A DNA stretch of 64,000 nt from Auanema rhodensis (taxonomy: Eukaryota > Animalia > Nematoda): NCBI GenBank assembly GCA_964057225.1, contig CAXKVF010000079.1, positions 186,001-250,000 on the forward strand, given 5' to 3'. The translations under genes were made by a program, and so were the position numbers. The stretch's first letter is position 1; each line of letters starts with the position of its first letter. Positions 56,301 to 64,000 of the stretch are shown here, one piece after another. The notes under the pieces are model-generated. The model saw nothing but the letters and a program-made list of their open reading frames with translations, did no database searches and was not told the origin of the DNA.

Positions 56301-59300
56301 TTTTCAAAATTAGATTCCCCATGTCCATATTAGTCTAAAAACAAATTTTTATTGATATTGGTTCATGGTAACCATGTCTTTGAAATTTACGTGAACTTTA
56401 ATTTATGCTAATTAAATGTACACGTGATGTGCACTTGGTATGTAACTCGCTTCACGTGAAAGATAAAAAGATGCGGTTTTCAATATTAGATTCCCCATGT
56501 CCATATTAGTCTAAAAACAAATTTTTATCGATATTGGTTCATGGTAACCATGTCTTTGAAATATACGTGAACTTTAATTTATGCTAATTAAATGTACACG
56601 TGATGTGCACTTGGTATGTAACTCGCTTCACGTGAAAGATAAAGGGATGCGGTTTTCAAAATTAGATTCCCCATGATGTCCATATTAGTCTAAAAACAAA
56701 TTTTTATTGATATTGGTTCATGGTAACCATGTCTTTGAAATTTACGTGAACTTTAATTTATGCTAATTAAATGTACACGTGATGTGCACTTGGTATGTAA
56801 CTCGCTTCACGTGAAAGATAAAGAGATGCGGTTTTCAAAATTAGATTCCCCATGTCCATATTAGTTTAAAAACAAATTTTTATTGATATTGGTGCATGGT
56901 AACCATGACTTTGAAATTTACGTGAACTTTAATTTATGCTAATTAAATGTACACGTGAAGTGCTCTTGGTATGTAACTCGCTTCACGTAAAAGATAAAGA
57001 GATGCGGTTTCCAAAATTAGATTCCCCATGTCCATATTAGTCCAAAAACAAATTTTTATTGATATTGGTTCATGGTAACCATGTCTTTGAAATTTACGTC
57101 AACTTTAATTTATGCTAATTAAATGTACACGTGATGTGCACTTGGTATGTAACTCGCTTCACGTGAAAGATAAAGAGATGCGGTTTTCAAAATTAGATTC
57201 CCCATGTCCATATTAGTTTAAAAACAAATTTTTATTGATATTGGTGCATGGTAACCATGACTTTGAAATTTACGTGAACTTTAATTTATGCTAATTAAAT
57301 GTACACGTGATGTGCACTTGGTATGTAACTCGCTTCACGTGAAAGATAAAGAGATGCGGTTTCCACAATTAGATTCCCCATGTCCATATTAGTCTAAAAA
57401 CAAATTTTTATTGATATTGGTTCATGGTAACCATGTCTTTGAATTTTACGTGAACTTTAATTTATGCTAATTAAATGTACACGTGATGTGCACTTGGTAT
57501 GTAACTCGCTTCACGTGAAAGATAAAGAGATGCGGTTTTCAAAATTAGATTCCCCATGTCCATATTAGTCTAAAAACAAATTTTTATTGATATTGGTTCA
57601 TGGTAACCATGTCTTTGAAATTTACGTGAACTTTAATTTATGCTAATTAAATGTACACGTGATGTGCACTTGGTATGTAACTTGCTTCACGTGAAGATAA
57701 AGAGATGCGGTTTTCAAAATTAGATTCCCCATGTCCATATTAGTCTAAAAACAAATTTTTATTGATATTGGTTCATGGTAACCATGACTTTGAAATTTAC
57801 GTGAACTTTAATTTATGCTAATTAAATGTACACGTGATGTGCACTTGGTATGTAACTCGCTTCACGTGAAAGATAAAGGGATGCGGTTTTCAAAATTAGA
57901 TTCCCCATGTCCATATTAGTCTAAAAACAAATTTTTATTGATATTGGTTCATGGTAACCATGTCTTTGAAATTTACGTGAACTTTAATTTATGCTAATTA
58001 AATGTGCACGTGATGTGCACTTGGTATGTAACTCGCTTCACGTGAAAGATAAAGAGATGCGGTTTTCAAAATTAGATTCCCCATGTCCATATTAGTTTAA
58101 AAACAAATTTTTATTGATATTGGTGCATGGTAACCATGACTTTGAAATTTACGTGAACTTTAATTTATGCTAATTAAATGTACACGTGAAGTGCACTTGG
58201 TATGTAACTCGCTTCACGTAAAAGATAAAGAGATGCGGTTTCCAAAATTAGATTCCCCATGTCCATATTAGTCCAAAAACAAATTTTTATTGATATTGGT
58301 TCATGGTAACCATGTCTTTGAAATTTACGTCAACTTTAATTTATGCTAATTAAATGTACACGTGATGTGCACTTGGTATGTAACTCGCTTCACGTGAAAG
58401 ATAAAGAGATGCGGTTTTCAAAATTAGATTCCCCATGTCCATATTAGTTTAAAAACAAATTTTTATTGATATTGGTGCATGGTAACCATGACTTTGAAAT
58501 TTACGTGAACTTTAATTTATGCTAATTAAATGTACACGTGATGTGCACTTGGTATGTAACTCGCTTCACGTGAAAGATAAAGAGATGCGGTTTCCACAAT
58601 TAGATTCCCCATGTCCATATTAGTCTAAAAACAAATTTTTATTGATATTGGTTCATGGTAACCATGTCTTTGAAATTTACGTGAACTTTAATTTATGCTA
58701 ATTAAATGTACACGTGATGTGCACTTGGTATGTAACTCGCTTCACGTGAAAGATAAAGAGATGCGGTTTTCAAAATTAGATTCCCCATGTCCATATTAGT
58801 CTAAAAACAAATTTTTATTGATATTGGTGCATGGTAACCATGACTTTGAAATTTACGTGAACTTTAATTTATGCTAATTAAATGTACACGTGATGTGCAC
58901 TTGGTATGTAACTCGCTTCACGTGAAAGATAAAGAGATGCGGTTTTCAAAATTAGATTCCCCATGTCCATATTAGTCTAAAAACAAATTTTTATTGATAT
59001 TGGTTCATGGTAACCATGTCTTTGAAATTTACTTGAACTTTAATTTATGCTAATTAAATGTACACGTGATGTGCACTTGGTATGTAACTTGCTTCACGTG
59101 AAGATAAAGAGATGCGGTTTTCAAAATTAGATTCCCCATGTCCATATTAGTCTAAAAACAAATTTTTATTGATATTGGTTCATGGTAACCATGACTTTGA
59201 AATTTACGTGAACTTTAATTTATGCTAATTAAATGTACACGTGATGTGCACTTGGTATGTAACTCGCTTCACGTGAAAGATAAAGGGATGCGGTTTTCAA

Positions 59301-62300
59301 AATTAGATTCCCCATGTCCATATTAGTCTAAAAACAAATTTTTATTGATATTAGTTCATGGTAACCATGTCTTTGAAATTTACGTGAACTTTAATTTATG
59401 CTAATTAAATGTGCACGTGATGTGCACTTGGTATGTAACTCGCTTCACGTGAAAGATAAAGAGATGCGGTTTTCAAAATTAGATTCCCCATGTCCATATT
59501 AGTTTAAAAACAAATTTTTATTGATATTGGTGCATGGTAACCATGACTTTGAAATTTACGTGAACTTTAATTTATGCTAATTAAATGTACACGTGAAGTG
59601 CACTTGGTATGTAACTCGCTTCACGTAAAAGATAAAGAGATGCGGTTTCCAAAATTAGATTCCCCATGTCCATATTAGTCCAAAAACAAATTTTTATTGA
59701 TATTGGTTCATGGTAACCATGTCTTTGAAATTTACGTCAACTTTAATTTATGCTAATTAAATGTACACGTGATGTGCACTTGGTATGTAACTCGCTTCAC
59801 GTGAAAGATAAAGAGATGCGGTTTTCAAAATTAGATTCCCCATGTCCATATTAGTTTAAAAACAAATTTTTATTGATATTGGTGCATGGTAACCATGACT
59901 TTGAAATTTACGTGAACTTTAATTTATGCTAATTAAATGTACACGTGATGTGCACTTGGTATGTAACTCGCTTCACGTGAAAGATAAAGAGATGCGGTTT
60001 CCACAATTAGATTCCCCATGTCCATATTAGTCTAAAAACAAATTTTTATTGATATTGGTTCATGGTAACCATGTCTTTGAAATTTACGTGAACTTTAATT
60101 TATGCTAATTAAATGTACACGTGATGTGCACTTGGTATGTAACTCGCTTCACGTGAAAGATAAAGAGATGCGGTTTTCAAAATTAGATTCCCCATGTCCA
60201 TATTAGTCTAAAAACAAATTTTTATTGATATTGGTGCATGGTAACCATGACTTTGAAATTTACGTGAACTTTAATTTATGCTAATTAAATGTACACGTGA
60301 TGTGCACTTGGTATGTAACTCGCTTCACGTGAAAGATAAAGAGATGCGGTTTTCAAAATTAGATTCCCCATGTCCATATTAGTCTAAAAACAAATTTTTA
60401 TTGATATTGGTGCATGGTAACCATGACTTTGAAATTTACGTGAACTTTAATTCATGCTAATTAAATGTACACGTGATGTGCACTTGGTATGTAACTCGCT
60501 TCACGTAAAAGATAAAGAGATGCGGTTTCAAAATTAGATTCCCCATGTCCATATTAGTCTAAAAACAAATTTTTATTGATATTGGTTCATGGTAACCATG
60601 TCTTTGAAATTTACGTGAACTTTAATTTATGCTAATTAAATGTACACGTGATGTGCACTTGGTATGTAACCCGCTTCACGTGAAAGATAAAGAGATGCGG
60701 TTTTCAAAATTAGATTCCCCATGTCCATATTAGTCTAAAAACAACTTTTTATTGATATTGGTTCATGGTAACCATGACTTTGAAATTTACGTGAACTTTA
60801 ATTTATGCTAATTAAATGTACACGTGATGTGCACTTGGTATGTAACTCGCTTCACGTGAAAGATAAAGAGATGCGGTTTTCAAAATTAGATTCCCCATGT
60901 CCATATTAGTTTAAAAACAAATTTTTATTGATATTGGTGCATGGTAACCATGACTTTGAAATTTACGTGAACTTTAATTTATGCTAATTAAATGTACACG
61001 TGATGTGCACTTGGTATGTAACTCGCTTCACGTGAAAGATAAAGAGATGCGGTTTTCAAAATTAGATTCCCCATGTCCATATTAGTCTAAAAACAAATTT
61101 TTATTGATATTGGTTCATGGTAACCATGTCTTTGAAATTTACGTGAACTTTAATTTATGCTAATTAAATGTACACGTGATGTGCACTTGGTATGTAACTC
61201 GCTTCACGTGAAAGATAAAAAGATGCGGTTTTCAAAATTAGATTCCCCATGTCCATATTAGTCTAAAAACAAATTTTTATCGATATTGGTTCATGGTAAC
61301 CATGTCTTTGAAATATACGTGAACTTTAATTTATGCTAATTAAATGTACACGTGATGTGCACTTGGTATGTAACTCGCTTCACGTGAAAGATAAGGGGAT
61401 GCGGTTTTCAAAATTAGATTCCCCATGTCCATATTAGTCTAAAAACAAATTTTTATTGATATTGGTTCATGGTAACCATGTCTTTGAAATTTACGTGAAC
61501 TTTAATTTATGCTAATTAAATGTACACGTGATGTGCACTTGGTATGTAACTCGCTTCACGTGAAAGATAAAGAGATGCGGTTTTCAAAATTAGATTCCCC
61601 ATGTCCATATTAGTCTAAAAACAAATTTTTATTGATATTGGTTCATGGTAACCATGTCTTTGAAATTTACGTGAACTTTAATTTATGCTAATTAAATGTA
61701 CACGTGATGTGCACTTGGTATGTAACTCGCTTCACGTGAAAGATAAAGAGATGCGGTTTTCAAAATTAGATTCCCCATGTCCATATTAGTTTAAAAACAA
61801 ATTTTTATTGATATTGGTGCATGGTAACCATGACTTTGAAATTTACGTGAACTTTAATTTATGCTAATTAAATGTACACGTGAAGTGCACTTGGTATGTA
61901 ACTCGCTTCACGTAAAAGATAAAGAGATGCGGTTTCCAAAATTAGATTCCCCATGTCCATATTAGTCCAAAAACAAATTTTTATTGATATTGGTTCATGG
62001 TAACCATGTCTTTGAAATTTACGTCAACTTTAATTTATGCTAATTAAATGTACACGTGATGTGCACTTGGTATGTAACTCGCTTCACGTGAAAGATAAAG
62101 AGATGCGGTTTTCAAAATTAGATTCCCCATGTCCATATTAGTTTAAAAACAAATTTTTATTGATATTGGTGCATGGTAACCATGACTTTGAAATTTACGT
62201 GAACTTTAATTTATGCTAATTAAATGTACACGTGATGTGCACTTGGTATGTAACTCGCTTCACGTGAAAGATAAAGAGATGCGGTTTCCACAATTAGATT

Positions 62301-64000
62301 CCCCATGTCCATATTAGTCTAAAAACAAATTTTTATTGATATTGGTTCATGGTAACCATGTCTTTGAATTTTACGTGAACTTTAATTTATGCTAATTAAA
62401 TGTACACGTGATGTGCACTTGGTATGTAACTCGCTTCACGTGAAAGATAAAGAGATGCGGTTTTCAAAATTAGATTCCCCATGTCCATATTAGTCTAAAA
62501 ACAAATTTTTATTGATATTGGTTCATGGTAACCATGTCTTTGAAATTTACGTGAACTTTAATTTATGCTAATTAAATGTACACGTGATGTGCACTTGGTA
62601 TGTAACTTGCTTCACGTGAAGATAAAGAGATGCGGTTTTCAAAATTAGATTCCCCATGTCCATATTAGTCTAAAAACAAATTTTTATTGATATTGGTTCA
62701 TGGTAACCATGACTTTGAAATTTACGTGAACTTTAATTTATGCTAATTAAATGTACACGTGATGTGCACTTGGTATGTAACTCGCTTCACGTGAAAGATA
62801 AAGGGATGCGGTTTTCAAAATTAGATTCCCCATGTCCATATTAGTCTAAAAACAAATTTTTATTGATATTGGTTCATGGTAACCATGTCTTTGAAATTTA
62901 CGTGAACTTTAATTTATGCTAATTAAATGTGCACGTGATGTGCACTTGGTATGTAACTCGCTTCACGTGAAAGATAAAGAGATGCGGTTTTCAAAATTAG
63001 ATTCCCCATGTCCATATTAGTCTAAAAACAAATTTTTATTGATATTGGTTCATGGTAACCATGTCTTTGAAATTTACGTGAACTTTAATTTATGCTAATT
63101 AAATGTACACGTGATGTGCACTTGGTATGTAACTCGCTTCACGTGAAAGATAAAGGGATGCGGTTTTCAAAATTAGATTCCCCATGTCCATATTAGTCTA
63201 AAAACAAATTTTTATTGATATTGGTTCATGGTAACCATGACTTTGAAATTTACGTGAACTTTAATTTATGCTAATTAAATGTACACGTGATGTGCACTTG
63301 GTATGTAACTCGCTTCACGTAAAAGATAAAGAGATGCGGTTTCCAAAATTAGATTCCCCATGTCCATATTAGTCCAAAAACAAATTTTTATTGATATTGG
63401 TTCATGGTAACCATGTCTTTGAAATTTACGTCAACTTTAATTTATGCTAATTAAATGTACACGTGATGTGCACTTGGTATGTAACTCGCTTCACGTGAAA
63501 GATAAAGAGATGCGGTTTTCAAAATTAGATTCCCCATGTCCATATTAGTTTAAAAACAAATTTTTATTGATATTGGTGCATGGTAACCATGACTTTGAAA
63601 TTTACGTGAACTTTAATTTATGCTAATTAAATGTACACGTGATGTGCACTTGGTATGTAACTCGCTTCACGTGAAAGATAAAGAGATGCGGTTTCCACAA
63701 TTAGATTCCCCATGTCCATATTAGTCTAAAAACAAATTTTTATTGATATTGGTTCATGGTAACCATGTCTTTGAAATTTACGTGAACTTTAATTTATGCT
63801 AATTAAATGTACACGTGATGTGCACTTGGTATGTAACTCGCTTCACGTGAAAGATAAAGAGATGCGGTTTTCAAAATTAGATTCCCCATGTCCATATTAG
63901 TTTTAAAAACAAATTTTTATTGATATTGGTTCATGGTAACCATGTCTTTGAAATTTACGTCAACTTTAATTTATGCTAATTAAATGTACACGTGATGTGC
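53400..64000. repeat. Array sub-domain IV: variable-length higher-order repeat (11/7/8/13/8-mers)
   Basis: G84C (ACGTCAAC) at 55162, 57100, 58331, 59738, 62025, 63432, each with T171C and T27C (and T119A in the first five) and followed two monomers later by TTTCCACAA. Spacings are 1938, 1231, 1407, 2287, 1407. Confidence 0.88.

Larger units (their letters stand above)
1..64000. repeat. 176-bp tandem satellite array (363 full monomers + 124-bp partial), candidate centromeric/pericentromeric satellite
   Basis: TTAGATTCCCCATG recurs at 1, 177, 353 and so on, and last at 63877. The position 1+363x176=63889 minus the 12 net deleted bases I counted gives 63877, so the window has no other net length change. 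Same orientation throughout; 57/176 GC. The centromeric role is inferred only from unit size and homogeneity. Confidence 0.99.

Noticed and set aside
1-64000. CRISPR array or other repeat-spacer system
   Set aside because: There are no variable spacers, since the entire 176 bp is conserved, and no cas or other genes.
1-64000. Assembly artefact, synthetic concatemer or rolling-circle read
   Set aside because: Variants form ordered, re-used haplotype blocks with exact multiples-of-176 offsets, unlike random error or a collapsed consensus. Local mis-joins cannot be excluded without reads.
1-64000. A single fixed higher-order repeat, or a coded message in the G/T-A/T monomer order
   Set aside because: Marker spacings vary (4, 5, 7, 8, 9, 11, 12, 13, 16, 34, 45 monomers) and are explained by nested duplications.

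Overview
The whole 64,000-bp window is one uninterrupted head-to-tail satellite DNA array on a single strand. It holds 363 complete copies plus one partial copy of a 176-bp, ~32% GC monomer: TTAGATTCCCCATGTCCATATTAGTCTAAAAACAAATTTTTATTGATATTGGT[G/T]CATGGTAACCATG[A/T]CTTTGAAATTTACGTGAACTTTAATT[T/C]ATGCTAATTAAATGTACACGTGATGTGCACTTGGTATGTAACTCGCTTCACGT[G/A]AAAGATAAAGAGATGCGGTTTTCAAAA. Monomer coordinates below number the first base of the window as 1. Copies typically differ by only a few bases. I see no genes, RNA genes, transposons, CRISPR spacers, inversions or unique sequence. The ten 60-aa ORFs are monomer copies that lost one stop codon. The nucleosome-scale unit, AT richness and homogeneity fit a eukaryotic (peri)centromeric satellite, but that is inference and I cannot name the organism or family. 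The information lies in two places. The first is monomer architecture: three ACGTGA motifs spaced 32-33 bp, two CACGTG E-boxes (one matching CDEI RTCACRTG) and many short dyads. The second is the pattern of shared variants, which shows sub-domains, variable-length higher-order repeats, long-range duplications and hairpin-associated mutations. I did not find a new protein-coding system. Variant positions were read by eye and may be off by 1-2 bp.
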